The notes under the pieces were generated by a model. The model did not search any database. It had not been told where the DNA came from and worked only from the letters and a program-made list of their open reading frames with translations. DNA of 18,588 nt from Trueperaceae bacterium (GTDB lineage Bacteria > Deinococcota > Deinococci > Deinococcales > Trueperaceae), in NCBI GenBank assembly GCA_040905465.1, contig JBBDRK010000070.1, forward strand, positions 1 through 18,588, written 5' to 3'. Of this stretch, positions 1 through 8,761 are shown piece by piece. Position 1 is the first letter of the stretch. Each line of letters starts with the position of its first letter. A program made the position numbers and the translations under genes.

Positions 1-223
1 AGTGACGCCGGTAGGTGTCGATCTTGCGCCTGAGGAGCTCCTTGGAGTAGAGGGCAGCGGTTCCGACGGCGACCTTGGCGAGGTCGATAGCGTCGTGGGC
101 AAGCTCGAGCAGGTCCTCGGCTGCCCCCAGGGGCAGTCCGAAGTCGACCATCATGGTGAGTTGGTTGTCGCGTGGTTTGGGGGTCTTCTCGCGTACGGGG
201 ATGTTGGGGTAGGCGCGATTCAT
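1..223 (-). CDS. comA: Phosphosulfolactate synthase (ComA family), N-terminal 74 aa; continues past the window edge
   Basis: Manual translation from ATG at 223: MNRAYPNIPVREKTPKPRDNQLTMMVDFGLPLGAAEDLLELAHDAIDLAKVAVGTAALYSKELLRRKIDTYRRH. It fits the ComA N-terminal pattern KPR-x3-LTM-x2-D-x-G ... EDLLE ... ID-x2-K-x3-GT-x2-LY ... LRxKI-x2-Y-x2-H. Absent from the ORF track. Confidence 0.88.
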   Translation of the reverse strand, partial: MNRAYPNIPVREKTPKPRDNQLTMMVDFGLPLGAAEDLLELAHDAIDLAKVAVGTAALYSKELLRRKIDTYRRH

Positions 224-242
224 CGGTAGCCAGAGCGGTTGC

Positions 243-264
243 GGGGCGGGCTCTCGCCCGCCCC
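243..264 (-). other. GC-rich stem-loop 3' of tctC (mRNA stabiliser or partial terminator)
   Basis: Minus strand GGGGCGGGC-GAGA-GCCCGCCCC: perfect 9-bp stem, GNRA tetraloop, 7 nt after the tctC stop, no U-tract. Confidence 0.7.
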
Positions 265-271
265 CACGAAC

Positions 272-1219
272 CTACTCCTGAATGAACCCCTGAAGGTCGG
301 CGGCCTCGCCCAGTACCCGGTCGACGATCTCAGCGTATTCGTCGCTGGGCATGAACCTGGGCGTGAGGTCGACGGCCTCGAGCTTGGCCACTACTTCCGG
401 GTCGGTGACGACATCTTCCATCGCCGCCTCGAGGCGAGCGCGGATCTCCTCGGGGACATCGGGTGAAACGGCCCAGCCGTAGTACATCCTCACGACGTGG
501 TCGTAGCCGAGGTCTTCGAGGTTGGGCACATCGTCGAAGCCGAATGCGGAGAGGTCGCCATCGGTGATGACGGCCAGCATGTTCAGCTCGCCGTTCTTGG
601 CGGCCTGCCAGGCGGGGGTACCCACGCCGGTCTCGCCGATCTCGACGTGACCTCCCAGGAGTGCGGCCGAACCTTCGGCACCGCTCTCGAACGGGATGTG
701 TACGATATTGACCCCATCTTCCTTGGCCATCGCCTTGACTACGTTGCCGGCCCAGAGCGCGCCACCGTCGGCGAAGCGCACGCGATTCTCCGCGGCGTGT
801 TCGATCAGGCCTTCGAAGTCGGAGAACGGGGCGGAAGGGTGTCCGAAGAGCACCCGCTCCTGCGGCATGTAGCTACCCAACAGGGCGACGCCGTCCATGG
901 TGAAATCGCGGTCAAGCAGGACGGTATTGGCGAAGATGTCGGTAGTTACCGCGACAATGGTGTGGCCGTCGTTCTCGCGCATGGCTTCCGAGAAGCCCAG
1001 GTAGCCGCCTGCTCCGGGCCGGTTGACTACGTCTACCCGCCCACCCAGCCTCTGCTCCAGGGCGGTGGCGAGGATCCTGTTCGACAGGTCGGTCATTCCT
1101 CCGGCGCCGTAGGGGATGACTACCGTGATCGGTTTCGACGGGAAGCCGTCCTGTGCCAGCGCCGACGGGAAAAGCAGCGTGGCCAAGGCCAGCAGGGCGA
1201 TCGAGGTTCTCTTCAACAT
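272..1219 (-). CDS. tctC: Tripartite tricarboxylate transporter substrate-binding protein (TctC/Bug family)
   Basis: Signal peptide ending ALA-Q. Motifs FPSKPITVVIPYGAGGMTD, VVNRPGAGG, DGHTI, HIPFESGAE-x3-ALLGGHV, DVPNLEDLGYD. SD AAGGAG upstream. Confidence 0.93.
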   Translation of the reverse strand: MLKRTSIALLALATLLFPSALAQDGFPSKPITVVIPYGAGGMTDLSNRILATALEQRLGGRVDVVNRPGAGGYLGFSEAMRENDGHTIVAVTTDIFANTVLLDRDFTMDGVALLGSYMPQERVLFGHPSAPFSDFEGLIEHAAENRVRFADGGALWAGNVVKAMAKEDGVNIVHIPFESGAEGSAALLGGHVEIGETGVGTPAWQAAKNGELNMLAVITDGDLSAFGFDDVPNLEDLGYDHVVRMYYGWAVSPDVPEEIRARLEAAMEDVVTDPEVVAKLEAVDLTPRFMPSDEYAEIVDRVLGEAADLQGFIQE

Positions 1220-1282
1220 GAATCTCTCCTTCGAAAAGTGAGTCGTAGTTGCGTGAGGCGTGAACCGGTTCCTGTTACCTCC

Positions 1283-2821
1283 CTATGGCTCCATTGTGGC
1301 AGGGGAGCGGGATTTTCTCTGGCGCCTGATCGACTGGTAACCCAGAAAGAGCAAGGCGAGCGCCGTCAGGATGAGGAAGGCGAGTGAAATCGGTTGCTGC
1401 AGGAATACGGTGAGGTCGCCGCCTCCCAGCAGCAGCGAGCGGCGTACCGCGGTCTCCAGCAGGGGGCCCAGGAAGAACGCGATGACCACGGGAATCACCG
1501 AGATCTTCATGAGCCTCAGGAAGTAGCCGAAGACACCGAACAGGAACATCATCGTTACGTCGAACATGTTGGTCCCGACAGCGTAGGCGCCGATCGAACA
1601 GAACATGACGATGAGCGGGAAGATGACCTCCCGGGGCAAGGTCTGGACGCGAGTCGCCAGCTTTATGTAGAAGTGCCCGACGAACAGGATGACGATGTTG
1701 GAGACGATGAGCGTGAGGAAAAGGGCGTACAGCAGGTGACCCTGGTCGCGCATCAGGAACGGTCCGGGCGTGAGGCCGTGGATCATGAAGGCGCCCAGCA
1801 GCAAGGCCGCAACGAGATTGCCGGGAATCCCGAGGGTCACCAGGGGAATAAGGTTGGCGCCCTGCACGGCGCTGTTGCCCGCTTCCGGGGCGGCGATACC
1901 TTCTTCGATCCCGGTGCCGAACTTCTCCGGCTGCTTGGACATGCGGCGCGCCGTCTCGTATGACAGGAAGGCGCCGACCGTCGCTCCGATACCGGGCAAG
2001 GCACCTATCCCGGTGCCCAGCAGGCCGGAGCGGAGCATGGTGGGGAAGAGCCTGCGGTAGTCGCGCCAACTGACGTGGCTCGTGTCGCCTGCGAGTGTCG
2101 CATCGTCTCTTGGTGGCGGCGGCGGTTCCCGGTAACGCAACTGGCTGAATGCCTCTGAGAGCACCAGCAGCCCCAGGAGCAACGGCACCAGGTTGATTCC
2201 GTCCTCGAGCGTGAGGAGCCCGAACGTGAACCGCTCGGTGGCCAGAAAATCGTCCCTGCCGACCGTTCCCAGCAGCAGGCCGATACCGATACCTATCATG
2301 CCCCGGACGGGGAACGCCCCGGTTGCCGTGGCGATGACCACCAGCGAGAACAGGATTATGGCCGAGTATTCGATCGGACCGATCTTGAGGGCGATCGCCG
2401 CCAGCGGCGCTGCCACCAGGAGGAGGATGAAGTCGCTGATCAAGTCGCCGGTTGTCGAGGCGTAGTGCGCGATCTCGAGGGCCTTCTTGCCCTCCCCCTT
2501 CTTCCGCATGGGAAACCCGTCCAAGGCGGTCGCCGTGGCTTGCGGTGTTCCCGGCATGTTGAAGAGGATCGCGGGGATACTCCCGCCAAAAGAGCCGCCC
2601 TTGGCGACGGCCATCAGCGCCACGATCCCGGTCAAGGGGTTGAAGAAGAAGGTGAACGGCACCAGCAGGGCGATTGCCATGTCGGCGGTGAGACCGGGTA
2701 TGGAGCCGAGGACGATGCCGAGAGTGACGCCTATCATCACGGCGATCAGGTTTTCGACGGTGAAGACGAGCGATAGTGCTAGTACGAGATCAGGCATCGA
2801 AGCGGGGCTTTCGCCCTCCAA
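1283..2821 (-). CDS. tctA: Tripartite tricarboxylate transporter large permease (TctA)
   Basis: Polytopic ~500 aa with repeated TctA motifs GSIPGL...GGSIPAILFNMPGTP and GALPGIGA...GIAAPEAGN...IPLVTLGIPG. Start is TTG 2821 or ATG 2797. Confidence 0.95.
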   Translation of the reverse strand: MEGESPASMPDLVLALSLVFTVENLIAVMIGVTLGIVLGSIPGLTADMAIALLVPFTFFFNPLTGIVALMAVAKGGSFGGSIPAILFNMPGTPQATATALDGFPMRKKGEGKKALEIAHYASTTGDLISDFILLLVAAPLAAIALKIGPIEYSAIILFSLVVIATATGAFPVRGMIGIGIGLLLGTVGRDDFLATERFTFGLLTLEDGINLVPLLLGLLVLSEAFSQLRYREPPPPPRDDATLAGDTSHVSWRDYRRLFPTMLRSGLLGTGIGALPGIGATVGAFLSYETARRMSKQPEKFGTGIEEGIAAPEAGNSAVQGANLIPLVTLGIPGNLVAALLLGAFMIHGLTPGPFLMRDQGHLLYALFLTLIVSNIVILFVGHFYIKLATRVQTLPREVIFPLIVMFCSIGAYAVGTNMFDVTMMFLFGVFGYFLRLMKISVIPVVIAFFLGPLLETAVRRSLLLGGGDLTVFLQQPISLAFLILTALALLFLGYQSIRRQRKSRSPATMEP

Positions 2822-2883
2822 TTCAAGAAATAGGCAGCGGGTTGGCCGCTGCTACCGTCAGGCTAAATTGCCGACACGACGCA

Positions 2884-2892
2884 TTTATACCA
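2884..2892 (-). promoter_or_regulatory. Putative extended -10 promoter for tctA-tctC-comA
   Basis: Minus strand TGG-TATAAA (TGn + TATAAA) about 60 nt upstream of the tctA ORF, in an AT-rich patch. No clear -35. Confidence 0.45.
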
Positions 2893-3335
2893 TTGTGGCC
2901 CGAGCGCTCGCCTTGGCTTGGGCGGGTGGTCAGCGGCGTCACAGCCACGTCTCATCCGTGAAGCGACGACCATACAAACGCACAGGTCCCTCCCGCGCAC
3001 CTTCAGGTAACCCGCCGATACTTCGTCGGCAAGAACAGTGCGTCGCGATGATCGAGAGGGTTCACCGCATGTTTCATGACGACTTATGGCGTCGATTTGA
3101 CACTCGTATCGTACGACGCCCACTGAGACGTCCGGCGCTCTGGTTGCCGGCCGAGCAGATCGTGCTCGTCAGGGGCGCGCAGGCTACTGTTCGCGCCGGA
3201 GTCACTCGTGAACCGGGTTTCGAGGAACCCGTAGACATTACCGCCATTCTCCTGCCAGACGGCGGACAGCTCGGTTGCCCCTCAGTCATCGAGAACGTGA
3301 AGCGAGCGTGCGTGCGATGCTCGCGAATCTACGAA

Positions 3336-4106
3336 TTACCCCAACCCGGTAATCATCGATACGATCTCGTTCTTGTCGACCGAGCTGGTCTCCCGCTCGC
3401 CCACCTGCACGCCTCGCCTGAGGACCGAGACACGGTCGGAGATGCGGAAGACCTGGTCGAGGTTGTGACTGACGACGAGTATCGCCAGGTTGCGCGCGCG
3501 TAGCGACTGGATGATCGACTCGACCTTGGCGGTCTCGGCCACGCCCAGCGCCGCCGTTGGTTCGTCCATGAGCACCAGTTTGCTGGCCCAATGGGTGGCT
3601 CTGGCTATCGCGATTCCCTGGCGCTGGCCACCGGAGAGACCCAGGACGAGCGCCTGTGCCGACGGTATCCGCACGTCCAGGTCCCTCACCTGCGTCTCTG
3701 TCTCGGAGATCATCCGCGGGCGGTCCAAGCGGCCGAAAGGTCCCTTGCTCAACTCCCGGCCGAGGAACATGTTCATGTAGACGGGCTGGTTGTCGGCCAG
3801 CGCCAGGTCCTGGTAGACGACCTCGATGCCCAGGTCGCGGGCGGAACTGGCGCTAGAGAGGGTCACCTCTTCGCCGTCGAGGAACATCTGGCCGGAGGTC
3901 GGCTGGTAGACCCCGGAGATCATCTTCACCAGGGTCGACTTGCCGGCGCCGTTGTCCCCGACAAGTGCGACTATCTCGCCGGGATAGAGGTCGAGGCTGT
4001 ACTCCTGGATGGCCACCACTCCGCCGAACGCCTTGTGGAGCTTGCGCAGGTGGAGGGTCGGCTCTCCGGACGCTACCGCTGCGGCCGCCGCTTCAGCCGT
4101 CGCCAC
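3336..4106 (-). CDS. Monosaccharide-type (CUT2) ABC transporter ATP-binding protein, single NBD
   Basis: Walker A GDNGAGKST, Q-loop VYQDLAL, signature LSGGQRQ, Walker B LVLMDEPTAALG, H-loop VSHNL. Overlaps the upstream gene by 14 nt. Confidence 0.95.
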   Translation of the reverse strand: MATAEAAAAAVASGEPTLHLRKLHKAFGGVVAIQEYSLDLYPGEIVALVGDNGAGKSTLVKMISGVYQPTSGQMFLDGEEVTLSSASSARDLGIEVVYQDLALADNQPVYMNMFLGRELSKGPFGRLDRPRMISETETQVRDLDVRIPSAQALVLGLSGGQRQGIAIARATHWASKLVLMDEPTAALGVAETAKVESIIQSLRARNLAILVVSHNLDQVFRISDRVSVLRRGVQVGERETSSVDKNEIVSMITGLG

Positions 4107-5328
4107 GGTCCCCCTGCCGGTCCGCGGGGACGCCCTGCAATTCGACGCGGTTGCCGAGTCCGTCGTAGATGCCTTCGATCTTCGCCTCGCCTCGCGATAT
4201 CCCGCTAACGCCTGCGGTGTTGGCCCTGGTGACGAAGGCCTGGGCTCGGAAGCCGAACACCACCGAGTCGCCCGGCGCCGGTCTGGAAGGACCGGAGGAA
4301 CTGTCGATCATCCCGTAGTAGTCGATAGCCGAGGGCGGGGGGATCTCCACGTCGTAGAGTCGCTCTGCCGCGACCGTTGGCTCGGAGGAAACGAGCGCCT
4401 TGACGTCGTAGGCGGGAAAGACCGGGTCGATGTAGAGGCCGCCACCGAAGCAGAAGGCGTCGCCGTGGTGCAGGTGCGAGACCTCACTCAGATAGAGGGC
4501 GGCAGGCACCTCGGGCAGATCCTCGAGGGCGTGCCAGGGGGTGGTGCCGGTGAGCCCGTGCCCCGGCTCGCACTGGGTCGCCCCGGCGGCTCGGAGAATC
4601 TCGAGAACGCTCATCGAGCTGGTGCCGGGGGCGTTGATCTCGAAGCCGGAATAGCCGGCCTCGACCAACGCCGCGGCCGCCGTCTGCAGGGTGGCGAGGT
4701 TCGGCGTCGGCTTGACCGACCGCGACTCCTGGTCGAAGAGGAGAGCCGGGAAGGTGGTGATTCCCGCGAACCGGCCGCCGGAGACACCGTCGAGCATGGC
4801 GGCGACCTCGACGATGTCGTACGCCGGGAAACCGCCTTCGTGGCCCCGGTAGAAGGTGTCTCCGGGAGCGTGGATGCGGGCCATCAGAGGCTGGTTGCGG
4901 CCGACGTCCTGGCTTGCCTGCGCCGCGGCCCTCGCTTTCTCCTCGCTGTAGACGGTCCAGTAGTCCGGCTCGAGGCGCGCCGCTTCAGCCGATTCGCTCC
5001 TCGGTATTTGCACCAGGTGGCCGAGGTGGCCTATGCCCAGTCCCGCTCGCTTGCAGGCCCGTGCTCCTGCCATGTCGACGGCGACGACCTTGTCGATGCC
5101 TCCGCGGATCAGGGCTCGGGCGAAGGCCGGGTTGCGGCCCATCTGCTTCGTCATCGCCAGGACCTCGAGGCCCAGCCGGCCTGCTTCCACCTTGATCACT
5201 CGGGCGTTCGCCTCGACGCTATCGAGGTCGATGACGAGGGTATTGGGCGGGAGCAGTCCCTGCTGGTGGAGGGATATTGCAGTTTCGACGAAGCGAGGGT
5301 TACGCCGCCTGAGGACTTCGAGGAACAC
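4093..5328 (-). CDS. yhfX: YhfX-like fold-type III PLP-dependent enzyme (alanine racemase N-terminal domain family)
   Basis: MFLEVLRRRNP...LHQQG...VIDLD...AMTKQMGRNP (predicted PLP Lys), VAVD, GHLVQIP, EPGHGLTGTTP, LYLSEVSH, CFGGG, IDYY and FRAQAFVTR all resemble E. coli YhfX as recalled. Confidence 0.88.
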   Translation of the reverse strand: MFLEVLRRRNPRFVETAISLHQQGLLPPNTLVIDLDSVEANARVIKVEAGRLGLEVLAMTKQMGRNPAFARALIRGGIDKVVAVDMAGARACKRAGLGIGHLGHLVQIPRSESAEAARLEPDYWTVYSEEKARAAAQASQDVGRNQPLMARIHAPGDTFYRGHEGGFPAYDIVEVAAMLDGVSGGRFAGITTFPALLFDQESRSVKPTPNLATLQTAAAALVEAGYSGFEINAPGTSSMSVLEILRAAGATQCEPGHGLTGTTPWHALEDLPEVPAALYLSEVSHLHHGDAFCFGGGLYIDPVFPAYDVKALVSSEPTVAAERLYDVEIPPPSAIDYYGMIDSSSGPSRPAPGDSVVFGFRAQAFVTRANTAGVSGISRGEAKIEGIYDGLGNRVELQGVPADRQGDRGDG

Positions 5329-5334
5329 TGGCGA

Positions 5335-6300
5335 TCACCTTCCTGTCTTTTCGCGGAGCGTCAGGGAGACGGCGATGAGGATGATTGCTCCGCGCACGAT
5401 CATCTGCTGTGACACCGACAGGCCCATCAGGATGAGTCCGTTGTTGAGCATGCCCATGAGCAGGGAGCCGACAAGGGCGCCCACAATCGAGCCCTTCCCA
5501 CCGAAGAGCCTGGTACCGCCCACGATCACGGCGGCGATCACCGTCATCAGGTCGGTTTCGCCGAGGGTGTAGCGCGCCGCCTGCAAGCGGCCCGCGTAGA
5601 GAAGGCCGGCCAGGGCCGCTGAGCTCGAACTGATCACCAGCACCAGGATCCGGATCCGGTCCACCCGGATCCCCGACACCCGGGCGGCTTGGCGGTTGTC
5701 CCCCGTAGCGAGGACATGGGCGCCGAACTTCGTCTCCCTGTAGACGAGGTGCCCGACGGCGACGATGCCGACAGTCCAGATCACCAGCGATGGGATGCCG
5801 AACAGCGAGCCCGAGCCGAACAGGTTGTTGAAGGTGGAGTTCAGGACGGATACCGATCGCAAGTCCGTCAGGGTACGAGCGACTCCGGCGATGAGCCCCA
5901 TCATCGCCAGCGTTACTAGGAACGACGGGAGCCGGAGCTTGGTCACGAACAGTCCGTTCACCAGGCCCACCGCCGCACCGGCGCCAAGGCCCGCCAGTAC
6001 GCCGACGATGAGTGGATAGTCCTGAAGGACGACTGCAGATATCAGGGCAGACAGTGCTACGACCGAGCCGATGGAGAGGTCGATCTCACCGGCGGTGAGT
6101 ACGAAGGCGAAGCCGACGGCCATGACGGTTATCGGTGCGGCCTGCCGCACGATGTTGAGCAGGTTGCGTGTAGTCAGGAAACCGTCGTCCCAGAGGACGG
6201 CGGCGAAGAATGCCAACACCAGCAGGAACCCTACGTACACTACGTAGCGGCTGGGGTCGATACGTCTGAGTCGGCTTCCCAACACTCCTGCGCCCTTCAT
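5335..6300 (-). CDS. Sugar ABC transporter permease (RbsC / BPD_transp_2 family)
   Basis: FLTTRNLLNI, GEIDLSIGS, GLVNG, LPSFLVTL, GDNRQAARVSGI, IAAVIVGGT-x2-FGGKGS; many transmembrane segments. Confidence 0.95.
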   Translation of the reverse strand: MKGAGVLGSRLRRIDPSRYVVYVGFLLVLAFFAAVLWDDGFLTTRNLLNIVRQAAPITVMAVGFAFVLTAGEIDLSIGSVVALSALISAVVLQDYPLIVGVLAGLGAGAAVGLVNGLFVTKLRLPSFLVTLAMMGLIAGVARTLTDLRSVSVLNSTFNNLFGSGSLFGIPSLVIWTVGIVAVGHLVYRETKFGAHVLATGDNRQAARVSGIRVDRIRILVLVISSSSAALAGLLYAGRLQAARYTLGETDLMTVIAAVIVGGTRLFGGKGSIVGALVGSLLMGMLNNGLILMGLSVSQQMIVRGAIILIAVSLTLREKTGR

Positions 6301-6398
6301 GTGTGCGCTCTCGAGGAATGCGCTCCTAAAGGATTCGCCTTCGAAGGATATCTGTGCCGCGGGCTGGACATGAGAGCGGAAACGCTAAATAGGTGAGT

Positions 6399-6424
6399 TG
6401 GGGCGTCCTAAGACGGACGCCCCA
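6399..6424 (-). other. Stem-loop between binding-protein and permease genes
   Basis: Plus strand TGGGGCGTCC-TAAGAC-GGACGCCCCA: perfect 10-bp stem 9 nt after the binding-protein stop. No U-tract on the minus strand. Confidence 0.7.
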
Positions 6425-6433
6425 GGAATGCGA

Positions 6434-7495
6434 TTACTCTATCGCGCGAAGGATCGACTGGGGCGGCTCGCGGTTGAGCGACTCCTGATAGCCTTCCTCG
6501 ATGTTCGCGGTGGTGATGGTCAGCGCCGGAGCCACGATGAAGGGTGGTGCTTCCTTGTCGAGCAGGCCGTAGGCCGCCGTGGTGGCCATGGTGCGGCCGA
6601 GCTCGTAGGCGGCGTCCGCCACGATGGCAACTACGTTTCCACCACGGACCATGTCGAGTGCGATCGGCTCGCTGAGGTCGAGGGTAACTATCTTGGTCGA
6701 GGCGTTGCCCTGAGAGCGCAGTGCGGCCAGGAAGCCCTCGGCCGGCTCCGCCCAAGTGACGTAGATGCCGCCCAGGTCCGGGTTGCGGATCAGCAGCGCC
6801 TGGGCGATCTCCTCTGCCCGGGCGGGGTCGGCGATTCCCGCGGAGTCGACGATCTCGATGTTCGGGTAGTCGTTCTCGATGGTCGTCTTGAAGGCGTTGT
6901 CCCGCTGGTTGGTCACGTAGTACTCGGCGTCGTGAAAGACGAAGGCGACCTCGCCCTCCTCGCCCATGGCGCTCGCCAGGGCGTCCGCCGCCTGCTTGCC
7001 CATCTGGAAGAGGTCGTCGGTTACGGTTGCGACGAAATCCTCACCCTGCTCGTAGCCGGCGGCGGTGTTCGACAGGAATACCAGTTGAACACCCTCCTCT
7101 ACCGCCTCGCGGAACGCCTCGGCGGCAACGACGGCATCGAGCGGAAGCGAGAGGATGACGTCCGGACCGCGGGTCATCACCGTCTCCACGTCGCTCCTCT
7201 GCCGGGCGGCATCGAACTGGGCGTCGGTCGTGGCGACTACCTCGATGCCCAGGCGCTCGAACTCGTCGGTCGCGCCCTGCGACACCGCATTTATGAAGTC
7301 GGACGAGGTGTGCCAGACGAATGCGGCGGTGTAGTCACCCTCCCTTACCTGGACGACCTCCTCCTCGGTGAGGGTTATCTCGGCCGAAAGTGTGGCCGGC
7401 TCTCCGTTAGGGCCGGTGGTCTCGGTCTGCTGGGCGAGTGCGGCGGCAAGCGTGCCGGCGAGGAGCAATGCAACAAGATGCCTGAAGAGTTTCAT
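6434..7495 (-). CDS. Sugar ABC transporter substrate-binding protein (RbsB-like periplasmic binding protein type 1)
   Basis: Signal peptide ending ALA-Q; TDAQFDAARQ, PDVILSLPLD, MGKQAADAL, RDNAFK, NPDLGGIY; adjacent to the permease. Confidence 0.92.
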   Translation of the reverse strand: MKLFRHLVALLLAGTLAAALAQQTETTGPNGEPATLSAEITLTEEEVVQVREGDYTAAFVWHTSSDFINAVSQGATDEFERLGIEVVATTDAQFDAARQRSDVETVMTRGPDVILSLPLDAVVAAEAFREAVEEGVQLVFLSNTAAGYEQGEDFVATVTDDLFQMGKQAADALASAMGEEGEVAFVFHDAEYYVTNQRDNAFKTTIENDYPNIEIVDSAGIADPARAEEIAQALLIRNPDLGGIYVTWAEPAEGFLAALRSQGNASTKIVTLDLSEPIALDMVRGGNVVAIVADAAYELGRTMATTAAYGLLDKEAPPFIVAPALTITTANIEEGYQESLNREPPQSILRAIE

Positions 7496-7510
7496 GCCAA
7501 TACTTCCTCT

Positions 7511-8761
7511 CTACTGCTTAGAAGGAACGACACCGCAATAGTCGGCCATGAAGGCGGCAAGTGCGACAATTCCGGAACTGTAGTCGGCCAGATTCACCCT
7601 CTCCTCTAACGTGTGGCAGTTTCGGATATCACCGGGCGCGAAGTAGATGGTAGGAATGTCGAGGTTCGTCAGGAAGGGCGCTTCCGACCAGTAGGGGGCG
7701 CCGGAAACGCCAGCGCGGCCCTCTGCCGCCTCGTTTACCGCTTGGAGGAGCTTTGTGATCGCCGGATGCCGCGGGTCGACCTCCGTGGGCGTCCCCCCGA
7801 ATCGGTTGTCCCTGCCAGCGGGAAACCGGATGTCCACCGAGATCTCGGGGTCGTTCACGGCCGACCTGACCACCTTCTCGAGCTCTGCTGCGGCGGAACC
7901 CAGGTCCTCGCCGGGGAGAAGCTTGCGGATCAGCGAGAGCCTGCACTCGCCCGGAACGGCGATGTAGCCGCCGGAGTTCATCTCCGTCACCAGCAGGAAC
8001 GACTTGCCGACGAGCTCGTGCTCGGCCCGACCTGCCAGGTCGTCCGAGTGCGCCCAAAGGTGGTCGAGCACGGCGTGACCCGCCCTGAGGGCGTCCCTGC
8101 CCAGCTCGGGAAACCCGAAGTAGGCGGACCGGCCCTTGATCTCGATCTCGGTGATGAAGAATCCCATCTGGGCGCTGTAGACCTCCAGGTTGGTGGGTTC
8201 TAGATAGATGGCGAAGTCGGGTCGGCGGAGTTTGCCCTTTTCGATCAGGGCCGCGAACTCCTTCATTCCGGCGCTCACTCCCATGCCCGGCTCGCCGCTC
8301 TCCTCGTCGCCGATGAACGCGAGCTGCACGTCGCCGGCCAGTTCGATGCCGGCTCGCTCGAGGAGCTTCACGGCCGATATGGCGGCGCAGATTCCCGCCT
8401 TGAGGTCTCCGGCGCCGCGTCCCCAGATCTCTCCGTTCTCGATCGCTCCGCTGAAGGGGTCTTCGCGCGTGGTGCCCGCCCAGCGCTCCTTCCAGCCGTC
8501 GACGTGAACCGTGTCGGTGTGGCCGACGAGAAGGAGGTCCTTTCCGCCACCTTCACTGCGGACCACGCCCCAGACGTTGGGCCGCCCGGCTTCGAACTCC
8601 CGTTGCTCGATTCCCGACGCGGGAAGATTCTTCAGTTCATCGGCGAGGAACCCGGCGAAGCCGGCCTCGGTCCCGGTGATGCTGGGGGTGGCGATCGCTC
8701 GCCTGAGCAGATCTACCGCCTCCGCTTCATCCAGGTGCCGGCGAAGTTCCGAAGCGTTCAT
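7511..8761 (-). CDS. M20 family metallo-amidohydrolase (ArgE/DapE-like deacylase)
   Basis: Metal-site motifs GHTDTV, GRGAGDLK, DEE, LEPT and C-terminal CHTLEE; TPSITGTE; ATGA overlap with the ROK stop. Confidence 0.92.
   Translation of the reverse strand: MNASELRRHLDEAEAVDLLRRAIATPSITGTEAGFAGFLADELKNLPASGIEQREFEAGRPNVWGVVRSEGGGKDLLLVGHTDTVHVDGWKERWAGTTREDPFSGAIENGEIWGRGAGDLKAGICAAISAVKLLERAGIELAGDVQLAFIGDEESGEPGMGVSAGMKEFAALIEKGKLRRPDFAIYLEPTNLEVYSAQMGFFITEIEIKGRSAYFGFPELGRDALRAGHAVLDHLWAHSDDLAGRAEHELVGKSFLLVTEMNSGGYIAVPGECRLSLIRKLLPGEDLGSAAAELEKVVRSAVNDPEISVDIRFPAGRDNRFGGTPTEVDPRHPAITKLLQAVNEAAEGRAGVSGAPYWSEAPFLTNLDIPTIYFAPGDIRNCHTLEERVNLADYSSGIVALAAFMADYCGVVPSKQ

Noticed and set aside
2-466. 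Plus-strand ORFs 2..229 and 239..466
   Set aside because: Antisense shadows of comA and tctC; the minus-strand frames carry the family motifs.
2863-3289. Minus-strand ORFs 2863..3123 and 3074..3289 as the missing tctB
   Set aside because: No hydrophobic helices; composition unlike a membrane protein.
3336-4106. Single-NBD ATPase as a truncated RbsA
   Set aside because: All motifs are intact and single-domain CUT2 ATPases are a known form.
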